61,089 nucleotides of DNA from Minisyncoccota bacterium. Lineage in GTDB: Bacteria; Patescibacteriota; Minisyncoccia; Phycocordibacterales; UBA1006. The stretch spans positions 1-61,089 of the forward strand of contig JAIPIY010000004.1 in assembly GCA_021734445.1 (NCBI GenBank), given 5' to 3'. Of this stretch, positions 47,152 to 57,327 are shown one piece after another (position 1 is the first letter of the stretch; each line of letters starts with the position of its first letter). A program made the translations under genes and the position numbers. The notes under the pieces are model-generated. The model was not told where the DNA came from, did no database searches, and saw only the letters and a program-made list of their open reading frames with translations.

Positions 47152-48144
47152 CTACTCTTCTAGCCTATAATCAATGAAGCCTACATCGTCATATTGACCA
47201 CCTCCGAACCTATAATAATCAGCCCCAGCTACGCGTACCTGATACACCAGCCGAAAGGATTCTCCTGTAGATACGAGGTCTTCATGGGTTAACGTATATG
47301 TAAGCTTATTACTCGGAGTATAGTTGTCGCCAGTCGCTTCGACAGTTTCTCGGAAGGGTCCCGAGTTTGAATTCCAATTATATTCAAGCGATCGCCCCTG
47401 AGGATCTTCTGCTTTCACGGTTGCGGTGATAGTATCACCAACACGTAGGGTGACTTTGTTTCTCGTGCTATACGGACCCTCATATCCGTTATAGCTCGAC
47501 ACCTTGTAAGTGTCACCATGATTATCTGTGAAAGATAGTATTATAGGATATGTTGGGCTTGTGGCATAGGTTTCTGTTTCATCTTCTTCGTAGGTAGTCT
47601 GCTCAGGTTCTTGCCAGTTTGCAATTTCCTGTAAATCCTTCCATGATGATTCTATTATCTTCTCTTGTTTTTTAATATATTCAATATCAGCATTATCGCC
47701 ATGTAAAACTCTTTGACACACTAAGGTTAACTCCTGATGCTTTATCTCTCGCTCTAATTTTCCAGCGTTTGATAGTGGTTTCTCTAAAAGATATTCCTTA
47801 TCCTTGGTGCATATCTCCTTTATTTCATCAGAGACTAGAATAGCTCTCTGTTCCGCCTCTGTTTCTAGGGGGATGTCCGTCTCCATTTTCAAAGAAACCC
47901 CAATGGTTTCAGGGTTGAAATCATTAGGGTTGGTTATTGGAGTATTATTCATTTGCTCTAAGTCAGCCTCAAGCTCATGACTTGCTATGCTTTCTTTGTC
48001 TGCTGTTAAAACCGAGGCAGGAGCTGTCTCGTTCGCTTGTTTGTTCTTTTGTGTTAATACAGTAGACACTCCTCCGGTTATGACAACAAGGCCAATCAAA
48101 ACCATGAAGGGAATAGGGATGAATCCTTTTTGTTTTTTCTTCAT
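47152..48144 (-). CDS. Membrane-anchored hypothetical protein with C-terminal Ig-like domain
   Basis: KKQKGF-hydrophobic (prepilin-like) N-terminus; V.AEDPQGR.LEY.W Ig-like motif. Confidence 0.75.
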   Translation of the reverse strand: MKKKQKGFIPIPFMVLIGLVVITGGVSTVLTQKNKQANETAPASVLTADKESIASHELEADLEQMNNTPITNPNDFNPETIGVSLKMETDIPLETEAEQRAILVSDEIKEICTKDKEYLLEKPLSNAGKLEREIKHQELTLVCQRVLHGDNADIEYIKKQEKIIESSWKDLQEIANWQEPEQTTYEEDETETYATSPTYPIILSFTDNHGDTYKVSSYNGYEGPYSTRNKVTLRVGDTITATVKAEDPQGRSLEYNWNSNSGPFRETVEATGDNYTPSNKLTYTLTHEDLVSTGESFRLVYQVRVAGADYYRFGGGQYDDVGFIDYRLEE

Positions 48145-48148
48145 ATTT

Positions 48149-48303
48149 TTCGCGTGGGTTTAATAATAATTGATCCTATATGGTCAACAGAAATGGCCAT
48201 ACAACACCGACGGCAACTCCTTTCGGAATCACCCCAAACCCTTTCGAGCTTGAACCCACGCGAATGAATGCCGGCTTATATGGCCGTTTCTATTCGCGTA
48301 GGA
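48149..48303 (-). ncRNA. Structured leader / c4-like antisense RNA candidate
   Basis: Long closing stem, two GAAA-tetraloop hairpins, and an internal segment complementary to both an upstream site and a start-codon-proximal site. Confidence 0.55.
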
Positions 48304-48555
48304 TTTGTACCATACCAAATTGCTCTGGGTTAGGTTTTGTATACCATAATTTATGGCAGTTTCATTTTATCACCTTTTGGTTTACTTATCTATCTTCTAG
48401 CTACGTTTTTATCGTCTAATTAATAAGAATAGCTTAATCCATTCGACACCTGTTTTTGTTGAGTATTTTGTGGTAAAATATAGTTTATAATGCATAGTTT
48501 AAGCAAAGATAAGCCGTGTATCCTTAAAGTAAAGGGATACAATGAATTATAATAT

Positions 48556-51459
48556 ATGCCCCTTAAGATCTTTGAAATATTAAGAATCAAGGGTCAGGAT
48601 TTGAGACGCTTTATTCAGAAGTCTTATTTTTTCTGGGTAGTATTTTGGCTATTTGTGACATCTACTTTTTTCTCAATAATTATTTGGATTTATGGCAAGG
48701 AGATTATCTCACTGGCTCTATATTTTTATAATTTGCGACCCGCTGGATCTGTCTTTGTCGGAATAATTGGATTTTTTATTCTAGTTGGTATTTTAATCTT
48801 TACTATTAATCCCATTGATAAATTAAAAAGGCAAGGATTACGCAGTCAGCCGTCTTGGGTATTTTATACTTATTGGAGCCTAATTAACACTTTTATAATT
48901 TATAGCCTCACTTCTTTCACTTGGCAAAGCAGAGAGTTTTGGTGGAACGGTAATTGGTCAGTATTTCTCGTTGTGTCATTAATGATCATTCTATCGAAGT
49001 GGATCATAGAGTCATCTGGGGAAAAGTTAGACTTATCTTTTACTAGATTTGCTTCAGGCTCGACCGGTATAGACAATGATAAACTCAATTTCAAAGCATC
49101 TGCAAAGAATGCATCTAACGGCTTATTAAATTTAAGTGATGATGTAAACGTTGTAGGTTTGTACGGGGGGCTAGGTTTTGGAAAGTCATCATATGCTCGA
49201 ATGATTCTTGAGAGCCTTGACGAAAACAAGGCTCTCTATACTTACATTTCTCTTACTGAGACAAATGAGGCTAAAGATTTTTCAAAGCTCTTTTCTGAAC
49301 GCTGGTTAGATACTCTTTCTGAGAGATATCCAAAGATAGATATAACATCTCATTTACCATTTATGGATTCGATTCTTAGAGAATCTGGAAATGGAATCAT
49401 ATCAGAACTATTGAAAGCAATATCTACATTTAACTTAGGTCTGATAAAGACAAAATCCGCATTTTGTGATGGATTTTATTCAAAGAAGAACTTTTTTACT
49501 TCGAGTGCTATTGCTAAATTATTTGGAAATATAACTGAAATTAAAGAGACAATGTGGGTAATAATGGTGGATGAAATTGAGCGAGCTCAGTTTGAAGAAA
49601 TCTATCGTCTGGTTGAGATTATCGAACGTTTTAAAAATGAAGGCAGATCTGGACTGCCCATAAAATTGGTGTTTCTTTTTTGTATCTCTGAGCCCGATTT
49701 AAATAATTACCTAACTGCATTTTCTGACTCTGATCCTCGTGCGCGACTTCTTAGAACATTCTTTTATGATGATCCCAAAAGTATCACACATAGAATATTT
49801 ATTCCTACAGTAGGGCCCGAAATCAAACAAGAATTTATACTAGACTTATTAAATAAAGTGATAGAACGCGAAACTCTTGATGTGCCAAAAGATGTAAACC
49901 CACATGCAATTGGAGACCCTTCAAGATCATTTATGAATCATAAAGATGCAATAGAGCATACTATTGCTATTCTGAAAGAAAACTCACCAAGAATAATTAG
50001 TCGTATTACAATTGCACTTGATTTTTTTTATGGTGCTTTTAGAAATCATATAGGTGAATCTCAAAATAATAATATTCGTTTTAATGACATATTAACATTA
50101 GAGTATATAAAGATAGAGTACCCATATCTTATTGATTTCTTTACCAAAACGATTCATATTCTCATTAATCAAGCAGAAACAAACAATATGGATTCATATT
50201 TTATAAAAGAGGATTTGAAGAAAAGACAGATCGGAATCATTGGTTGGATAGAGATGGAAACCAAAAGAAAGATACCCGATGTAGATCACCCTAAAGTCTT
50301 AAGTATGATTGGGCTCGTTATGCATTACTACTTCGATTTTCTAAATAGAGATTATGATACCAAATCGAAAGAAAAATATCTTGGAACTACATCTTATCCT
50401 GAAATTATGAGTGACTATTTATCACTCATAGATGGGGTCACTGAAACTAACTATCGGAAGAATAATAGAATCTATATTAAGCATAAAACGAATCCTGAAG
50501 ATACAATTTCATCATTAAGAGTTGGGGACTTGTTAAGTTACACTAGATTTATTTTTGACATACCTAGTGCCCCGATTAGTGTGAATATTGATTTAGTAGA
50601 AGAAATTTCTCGGAGAATGATATCAGGAGGGATTAAAATTGACCCCATGAATGTCGATGATACTGCGTTTAGTGAAGGAATGTATCAGCTTGTGTTTCAA
50701 ATTATTGCTCTTACAGAAAAAGAAAGAGATTCAATTTTCCCAACCGAGAATTTAGAGAAAGCATTTCGCGTAGTTAAATCAGTACTTTCATCGCCGAATA
50801 TTAGTATAGGTATTAAGTTTATAATGTTAAGCTCGCTTGTTAACAATGAGCGAGGTAGCGGAAGCTCTATACATGGTCGACTAGAAAACACTTTTAAAAG
50901 ATTACTTAAACATTTCGATAAAGAGATGAGGGATTTAATAAAAGAAGTGTTTTTAGAAGTAAAAATTAAATATTTGGATGGAAGCAGAATATTATATAAA
51001 GAAGAAGAAAATTTCTTCTACACCCTTTATCAAGGTTGGAGTGGATCGAAAGATTCAATACATGAAATTAGTAAAATTAGAAAGGCTGCGCAAAGGAAGC
51101 TTAAAGATTATCCGGAGGCAATAAAATTATATTGGCGGAAGTATCCTATTGATGAAGAGTGGACAACTCTCGATGATGTCTTTGAAGGCGACCGGTTTTT
51201 CTCAATGAATGATACCAGCAACCCAGTCTATATGCCTCTCAAGACATTAATTTCAGTAACTAAGCAATCAGAGATTGATGACCCAGAGATTAGTATGAAA
51301 CTTAAGTTTTGGGAAAAGGTTAAAGATGATCCAAGGTTGAAAGAAATGGCAGTTATTCGAGATGATCAATCAACATTACGATCTTATCTAATTAGAAATG
51401 GCTTTTTAGATCCAGAACCTAAGTCCATTATTTTGACGAGGAATCTACAAGAAGAATAA
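48556..51459 (+). CDS. KAP-family P-loop NTPase with four N-terminal TM helices
   Basis: VVGLYGGLGFGKSS Walker A, WVIMVDEIER Walker B, SPRIISR sensor-like motif and a long helical C-terminus. Confidence 0.85.
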   Translation: MPLKIFEILRIKGQDLRRFIQKSYFFWVVFWLFVTSTFFSIIIWIYGKEIISLALYFYNLRPAGSVFVGIIGFFILVGILIFTINPIDKLKRQGLRSQPSWVFYTYWSLINTFIIYSLTSFTWQSREFWWNGNWSVFLVVSLMIILSKWIIESSGEKLDLSFTRFASGSTGIDNDKLNFKASAKNASNGLLNLSDDVNVVGLYGGLGFGKSSYARMILESLDENKALYTYISLTETNEAKDFSKLFSERWLDTLSERYPKIDITSHLPFMDSILRESGNGIISELLKAISTFNLGLIKTKSAFCDGFYSKKNFFTSSAIAKLFGNITEIKETMWVIMVDEIERAQFEEIYRLVEIIERFKNEGRSGLPIKLVFLFCISEPDLNNYLTAFSDSDPRARLLRTFFYDDPKSITHRIFIPTVGPEIKQEFILDLLNKVIERETLDVPKDVNPHAIGDPSRSFMNHKDAIEHTIAILKENSPRIISRITIALDFFYGAFRNHIGESQNNNIRFNDILTLEYIKIEYPYLIDFFTKTIHILINQAETNNMDSYFIKEDLKKRQIGIIGWIEMETKRKIPDVDHPKVLSMIGLVMHYYFDFLNRDYDTKSKEKYLGTTSYPEIMSDYLSLIDGVTETNYRKNNRIYIKHKTNPEDTISSLRVGDLLSYTRFIFDIPSAPISVNIDLVEEISRRMISGGIKIDPMNVDDTAFSEGMYQLVFQIIALTEKERDSIFPTENLEKAFRVVKSVLSSPNISIGIKFIMLSSLVNNERGSGSSIHGRLENTFKRLLKHFDKEMRDLIKEVFLEVKIKYLDGSRILYKEEENFFYTLYQGWSGSKDSIHEISKIRKAAQRKLKDYPEAIKLYWRKYPIDEEWTTLDDVFEGDRFFSMNDTSNPVYMPLKTLISVTKQSEIDDPEISMKLKFWEKVKDDPRLKEMAVIRDDQSTLRSYLIRNGFLDPEPKSIILTRNLQEE

Positions 51460-51510
51460 ATAGAATCATTATTTTATTTTTAGAATAGTAAGTTTGTAAA
51501 ATAAACTTTT

Positions 51511-52755
51511 GTGAAAAATAAAAACCATAAAAAAGATGTAACTTATACTAATGAGGAATATACAGTACTTGATAAATTATGGGTCAAGATTTTGATTTTT
51601 TTTAGAGATATACATTCGACGTGGAAATACGGGCAAGCTTATGTTTTTGATACAAATATGATTGTCGTTCAAAACCAGACGGATAATCGATATAAAAAAC
51701 TATTTACCATCAATCGTAATTATTGGGCTACTGAAACCAGCTTTAGAGAATCGAATATTTTTATTTCTGAAAAAGGATATAAAAGAATATTAAAGAGAAA
51801 TATTAAAAAACTTTCTTTCGGGACACTTCGTGAATATTACCCAAATACGTGTCCTCTGTATTATAACTATATATCGGCAATGCATAATCCTGCTATCGTA
51901 GGAGGAGAGAATTTTGCGGCAGAGCTAATTATAAAATCACTTATAAAAAATACTACTTTGACAAAAAAAGAGGAAAAATTAAACAGTCTTATTGCAAATA
52001 AATTAGGACAAAGCAAACATAATGAAAAAGACGACAATGATCTCATGAAACTTTTACGAGAGGCGAATGTCAGAATGCTTAGTAAGAAGCGAGGTGCAAT
52101 TCGCAAAAATGACGAAAACTATTTCAATGACATAAAAAGCCTAGCTTTGTCTTTGTTATATTGTCTACAAAGAAAAAGGAATGTGACCTTTGTGACTTCT
52201 GACAGTGATTTCCTTAATCTGGTTTTCGATCTTTTTTCTACGGTAATTCAGGAGTCTACCTTCAATGTAAAGATAATACCGTTACTCGATGATGATAAAA
52301 AGCAAGGTTTAATGAACAAGAAAAGATATACGTTCTTTTTGGACTCATTTGAATTTATTGAATACATGGAGAAATATATGGCAGATATTTTTGCTGATAA
52401 TTGGAAGAAGGATTTTTTAATTTTTAAGATTAAATACTGGGACATACTCACACAAAAATACCATACTCTAGAATTCAGGTTTGATGATACGATGCGACAG
52501 ATATTTTTAAATTCGCATGGTACTCGATTTTGTCCTTGTGCAAAGAATAATGAGAATAGTAACTGGATACGATACATGTATTGGTGGCCACCAAACTCCA
52601 TCCACAATGAGCAGGTCCTGAAAGTCGTAGTCGAGGCAAAAAATGGAATTATCAAGGAGGATACTCGTATTACAGATACTAACCACACTGAATATTGTAG
52701 ATACCCACAAGAAGATAATAAGGGAAATTTAAATTTTTTCTCAAACTTTTTTTAA
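51511..52755 (+). CDS. PIN-like nuclease domain protein
   Basis: YVFDTNM, T.TSFRE, NDIKSLALSL and VTFVTSDSDF place four acidic residues in PIN order; GTG start. Confidence 0.65.
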   Translation: MKNKNHKKDVTYTNEEYTVLDKLWVKILIFFRDIHSTWKYGQAYVFDTNMIVVQNQTDNRYKKLFTINRNYWATETSFRESNIFISEKGYKRILKRNIKKLSFGTLREYYPNTCPLYYNYISAMHNPAIVGGENFAAELIIKSLIKNTTLTKKEEKLNSLIANKLGQSKHNEKDDNDLMKLLREANVRMLSKKRGAIRKNDENYFNDIKSLALSLLYCLQRKRNVTFVTSDSDFLNLVFDLFSTVIQESTFNVKIIPLLDDDKKQGLMNKKRYTFFLDSFEFIEYMEKYMADIFADNWKKDFLIFKIKYWDILTQKYHTLEFRFDDTMRQIFLNSHGTRFCPCAKNNENSNWIRYMYWWPPNSIHNEQVLKVVVEAKNGIIKEDTRITDTNHTEYCRYPQEDNKGNLNFFSNFF

Positions 52756-52986
52756 TACATAAAGAACATCTACGTATCTGAATGCCTTTATTAAACTGAG
52801 AAGAGATAGCTTGAATTCCTTTTTATTGTTTCTCAACCGATTGTGTTAGATACTCTTTTTATCCATCACTGCTGTTCGAACGTCGTACAACATGTGGAGT
52901 ACTTTTTTCAGCCTTATTTTTTCAACAGTTATTCTTATAACTCCAACAGGGTTCTGAACTTTGAGTAATTCTGATACTATATAGTC

Positions 52987-53595
52987 ATGAATAAAAAATA
53001 TCTTATTGGGACTGTTATTTTATTACTTTTATTATTAGTAGCAATTTTTGTTAGTTTGAAACCCACTTCACAAAAAGATGATTCTCAAGGAAATCAAGAA
53101 GTGGCAGAGGGTCATAAAAACACTTCGTACACAATTGAAGGACAATCAATTGTTTTGACTGATGGATTATCAGAAATGGAGTCAGCTCCTGGTTCAGCAA
53201 CCAAGATTGCAACTCGCTATTTTGGAAACGAGTTTAAGCACGACCTAAATAATGATGGTCGAGATGATGTTGTATTTTTAGTAACTCAAGAACGTGGTGG
53301 GAGTGGTAAATTCTTTTATGTTGTTGCTGCTCTCAATACTCCTACAGGATACACTGGATCACACGCCTTTTTATTAGGTGATCGTATTGCACCTCAATCT
53401 GTTAATGTAGACGAGGGAATAACAACACAAGGGACAATGAGAGACAATGTTATTGTAGTTAATTACACTGATCGTAAACCAAATGAACCAATGACCACCT
53501 CTCCCTCAGTTGGTAAGAGTACTTGGATTAAACTTGACCCAATCACCTTGCAGTTTGCTGTAGTTGCTCAGAATTTCGAAGGTGAAAGCCTGTAA
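52987..53595 (+). CDS. Membrane-anchored/secreted hypothetical protein
   Basis: N-terminal TM helix; DLNNDGRDD, GGSG.F.Y and LGDRI motifs. Confidence 0.75.
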   Translation: MNKKYLIGTVILLLLLLVAIFVSLKPTSQKDDSQGNQEVAEGHKNTSYTIEGQSIVLTDGLSEMESAPGSATKIATRYFGNEFKHDLNNDGRDDVVFLVTQERGGSGKFFYVVAALNTPTGYTGSHAFLLGDRIAPQSVNVDEGITTQGTMRDNVIVVNYTDRKPNEPMTTSPSVGKSTWIKLDPITLQFAVVAQNFEGESL

Positions 53596-53850
53596 ATTGA
53601 AGTTCGGGTGATATGGCTTTCCAATCTATAGCTCTGAATGCGTCTATCATAGGGGGCTAACTTGTGCTAGCGTAAAATGTGTTGTTCTATATAAAATATA
53701 ATCTACATAACTTTTCTTATTTATATACTACGTCAAGAGCGCCGGTAGATTTTTCAAGAATATAAGTTCTAACCTGATGTAGCCTTGCGAGCAGTAAGTG
53801 AAATTGAAGATCACTGACACAAAAGAGTAATTAAGGTGTAAACTATAATT

Positions 53851-54156
53851 ATGGAATTTCTCAGATCATTTAGAATAGGACCTTTTACTATTTTTGATTT
53901 TGCTATTTCATATATTGTCATGTATTTTATTGCGCCATACCTTTCAAAGCTATTCGCACTAGCGGGAATAAGAGTTAATAGAGAACAATGGTTATGGTTG
54001 ACTCTTCCTATCGCATTAGCAGTGCATCTTCTTACAAAAACAAGTACAGCATTCACGGAAATGACTCTTGACCCTTCTGGAGGTTGGTTCGCAAAGGCTA
54101 TTATTGTGATAATGTTATTCATGGTATATGTGCGACGTGGGAATAGAAAAAAATAA
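53851..54156 (+). CDS. Small membrane protein
   Basis: Three hydrophobic segments and a basic tail. Confidence 0.7.
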   Translation: MEFLRSFRIGPFTIFDFAISYIVMYFIAPYLSKLFALAGIRVNREQWLWLTLPIALAVHLLTKTSTAFTEMTLDPSGGWFAKAIIVIMLFMVYVRRGNRKK

Positions 54157-54183
54157 CAAAAAAGAAGATTTCAAAATCAAAGA

Positions 54184-54474
54184 AGTTTCTTTGGCACCGA
54201 TGAAAATGGTGAAAACGAAGGTGGTATGGTTAGTCGTATTGCCAAGAAGATACCTTTTGAACATGTTTCCATTCAACACCTTGGTGTAATGCAAAATGGA
54301 GTGAAAACACCGTGGGTAGGAGCTAACGGTTTTGAAAATTATACTCTTGTAGAAAAAGACGGTGGGATCGAAATTATGATGGAAATGGTAAATACCCCTG
54401 ATGATTTTTGCCCAGAAATGAATATCATGTGGCCAAAAGCTCTTGAAGTATTGAAGCAAATAGCTGAAAAATAA
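54184..54474 (+). pseudogene. 5'-truncated SRPBCC/START-like gene
   Basis: Frame reads FFGTDENGENEGGMVSRIA...VSIQHLG...ENYTL.E.DG...WPKALE.LK.IAE, the C-terminal part of an SRPBCC protein; the N-terminal part is absent. Confidence 0.6.
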
Positions 54475-54495
54475 TTTCACCCTAGAAAAACCAAT

Positions 54496-54536
54496 AAACA
54501 AAAAGTCCGAAGCATCTGCATCCGGGCTTTTTGTTT
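54496..54536. terminator. Bidirectional terminator
   Basis: AAACAAAAAGTCCG...CGGGCTTTTTGTTT between convergent genes. Confidence 0.7.
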
Positions 54537-54560
54537 TATTCTCTATTTTCAAAATGAGAA

Positions 54561-54923
54561 TTATTGCGTCTCCTGTTCGTCTAATTTAGCTGCAGCTTCT
54601 GGTGTTGAAACTGATTTACTCATCAAAAACATTTTGATGATACCAATACCAATTACAAAATATACGAACCCTGCAAGAATAGTGGTCCATTCGAACACAC
54701 TACCGGTAGTAATCTGTGTATTTTGGAAAACCGAAAGAAATGGTGTCGCAAAGACATACGTAATACCATAAATAAGACTGGTAAAACCCGCTTCTGGGTT
54801 TGCCCCCAGTAATTTTAAAACGAATCGAAAAGCAAGCATAATCTCGATAAATCCTAATATGTACCAAACCACCTGAGTTCCTCGATAGAGCGGCTTTGTA
54901 CTTGATGCTTTATATGATTCCAT
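54561..54923 (-). CDS. YggT-family membrane protein
   Basis: IE..L.FRFVLKLLGANP...F...IY.IT..F..PF pattern. Confidence 0.8.
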   Translation of the reverse strand: MESYKASSTKPLYRGTQVVWYILGFIEIMLAFRFVLKLLGANPEAGFTSLIYGITYVFATPFLSVFQNTQITTGSVFEWTTILAGFVYFVIGIGIIKMFLMSKSVSTPEAAAKLDEQETQ

Positions 54924-55055
54924 AACTGTTATATTACTATTATTAATTCCTATGACCGTCATGAGAAGTCCTGTATTCATTATAACATTATAAAGACAAC
55001 ATCACTATTAAAAGAATTTTATTGTAATATACAAGCACAATGATATAATCCAACA

Positions 55056-55862
55056 ATGCAATTAACCATTCTTCATTTGAATATAGAAAGAGATCGACAT
55101 ATACAGACTGTCATGGAACTTCTGAAAACAAAGAAACCCGATATCGTGTGTTTTGAAGAAGCGATTCTGGATGATGTGAAAAATATTTCTATAGAATTAG
55201 GATACGAATTTTCATTTGCACCTCTTGTGATAATTAAAAATAGGGATGAGAAAAAAGAAGAAGGCTCAGCAATTCTTTCTAAATTTCCAATATTGAAAAC
55301 AAACAAATATCGATATGACGGTCAAACATCACCTGATGTTCCTATTATAGACGAAGAAAAAATAAGTTCAGGCACCAATGGAGAAAGACCAAGAGATCGG
55401 TTTTTGTATCACAGTACATTATTAACTATTTCTCTGCAGGGCGACAATGATACCGTGTTAACCATTGCGACAACGCATTTTCCTGTTGTTGATCATACCA
55501 CCAGAAATCTGAAGGATCATAATTTGGACGACATACAGAAGATTACTGAAATGGAACAAACTCGTGCATATCTGGATCGTCTTATTCCACTATTAAGATC
55601 GATACAACACCCTATGATTTTTACTGCGGATTTAAATAATACCCGCGGTGAATACATATATGATACTGTCGCGCACGAATTGGTAGATATTGTTCCCCTA
55701 TCGGTACCCTCTACGATTGATCCTGAATTACACCGCAGAGGTCATAACCTGGAGCTGTTAGTAGATACTATTATGACCAGCCCAGATATCACCGTTAATA
55801 ATTTTGAAATAATGCAGGGAGCCAGCGACCACAAGGCATTATTTGCTTCGATAGTTATTTAA
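55056..55862 (+). CDS. Endonuclease/exonuclease/phosphatase (EEP) family protein
   Basis: LNI, PDIVCFEE, AILSKFPI, TTHF, ADLN, VD.I and SDH motifs. Confidence 0.9.
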   Translation: MQLTILHLNIERDRHIQTVMELLKTKKPDIVCFEEAILDDVKNISIELGYEFSFAPLVIIKNRDEKKEEGSAILSKFPILKTNKYRYDGQTSPDVPIIDEEKISSGTNGERPRDRFLYHSTLLTISLQGDNDTVLTIATTHFPVVDHTTRNLKDHNLDDIQKITEMEQTRAYLDRLIPLLRSIQHPMIFTADLNNTRGEYIYDTVAHELVDIVPLSVPSTIDPELHRRGHNLELLVDTIMTSPDITVNNFEIMQGASDHKALFASIVI

Positions 55863-55944
55863 TCTAATAAAATCTCGATTTCCGAGCCAGATTCAGGTAT
55901 GCTACACTGTTATTATACACTCTGGTAAATCACCTATCACATTT

Positions 55945-56811
55945 ATGTTTAATCCTAACAAAAAGATAATTGAAAACTTACGGAAAGAAGACTTAAAGCT
56001 TCCCGAGTATGATAGAGAAGTTGAAGAACTTGATGAAAATTATCTACAATTTTTTAAATCAAGATTTGAAGATTGGGATAAAAATTATCATACAAAAAGA
56101 TCTGCAATAGAAAAAACCTACAATATTAACATACTGGGGCAAGGCAAACATTCTATTGTATTTACATCTCCTGACCTACCCGATGAATATGTTATGAGTT
56201 ATTGCAAAAGCATCAGCGAAGCAGATTCCCCTATTGAGAAAAACAAAGATCCAAAGAAAAGATTAGTAGAAAAAACATTCAAACTCAAGGCAAATTTTTA
56301 TCTGAATAGAGTTATGAATATTTTGTTTCCCGGCAAAATTGCAAAAATACATTATTGGAATGTTGATGAAAAATTTCTCCATGAAACTACAGTGCGTGAA
56401 AAAATTGATGGCGTAACAGCAGGGTATGGATTCTATTCTTCGTGGCAAGCTTTTGAAATTCCAACAAAAAAGAGCGCTGATGGTAATTTGAAAATATCAG
56501 AAATAAAAAATCTTATGTGGAAAAATAATATACCTATCTATTTAGATTTAGAAAATATCAATAATGTTTTAATTCGCAAAGATGGGTCAGAATGTTATGT
56601 TGATGGTGAACTTGAGTCATTTGACCCATACGAGGTAGAAGATCACTCTTTTGATAATATTCAAAAACTAATGAAGGATTTAAACACTCCAGATGCCGAT
56701 CAACGTAAAATTATGACTTATATTGATCGTATTAAAGCTCTTGAGGCCGAATATAAGACAACTATGAAAGAAATTGATCCTGATTGGGGAACATTTCCTT
56801 CTATTATATAA
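55945..56811 (+). CDS. Hypothetical protein with protein-kinase-like motifs
   Basis: ILGQGKHSIVF Gly-loop-like segment and YLDLENINNVLI...YVD. Confidence 0.55.
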   Translation: MFNPNKKIIENLRKEDLKLPEYDREVEELDENYLQFFKSRFEDWDKNYHTKRSAIEKTYNINILGQGKHSIVFTSPDLPDEYVMSYCKSISEADSPIEKNKDPKKRLVEKTFKLKANFYLNRVMNILFPGKIAKIHYWNVDEKFLHETTVREKIDGVTAGYGFYSSWQAFEIPTKKSADGNLKISEIKNLMWKNNIPIYLDLENINNVLIRKDGSECYVDGELESFDPYEVEDHSFDNIQKLMKDLNTPDADQRKIMTYIDRIKALEAEYKTTMKEIDPDWGTFPSII

Positions 56812-56926
56812 AACAAGAAAATGAGCAAAATACAATAAGTATGCTAAGGGATTAAATCTTTATAAAACTTTACATTATTGTAATAGTAAGTTATTCTACA
56901 AAAGAACCATTTCATTGATAGGACCC

Positions 56927-57214
56927 ATGGAAAACAAATCAGAAGATCGTATCCGTTTAAGCAAGGAATACAAAGAATACGCAGAAGAAGAAAAGAGAAA
57001 TTGGATGCGGAAAAATGGACTTCCCATGAACGTACTCTACCCATTAATGGATCGACAGCAACGTGAGAAAGCTGATGAGCTTAGAAAAAAATGGTCAGAG
57101 CACATTACCCTCCTCACAGAAGAGTGGTGGGGAGAACGCGGTTATGGTTGCATTTGGCCTGAAAACGATCAGGAACCTATGCAAACCTACAAGCTGGAAA
57201 TCAGTGTGAAGTGA
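56927..57214 (+). CDS. Hypothetical protein
   Basis: AGGA before the ATG; followed by a strong terminator. Confidence 0.65.
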   Translation: MENKSEDRIRLSKEYKEYAEEEKRNWMRKNGLPMNVLYPLMDRQQREKADELRKKWSEHITLLTEEWWGERGYGCIWPENDQEPMQTYKLEISVK

Positions 57215-57233
57215 GTGAGGGGCTTTGTTCTCG

Positions 57234-57270
57234 TGCCACTCATCCCCCGGGGATGAGTGGCATTTTTTAT
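57234..57270 (+). terminator. Intrinsic terminator
   Basis: TGCCACTCATCCCC-C-GGGGATGAGTGGCA followed by TTTTTT. Confidence 0.85.
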
Positions 57271-57327
57271 TGCTTTTTTAGTATAAATATGTACAATCAA
57301 AAAGAACGCACTTTGATTTAAGAACCC

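Larger units (their letters stand above)
42998..52800. mobile_element. Integrative genomic island at tRNA-Asn (right boundary uncertain)
   Basis: Serine recombinase abutting a tRNA 3' end, followed by non-housekeeping genes, repeats and a defence-like pair. No attR repeat was recognised. Confidence 0.7.
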
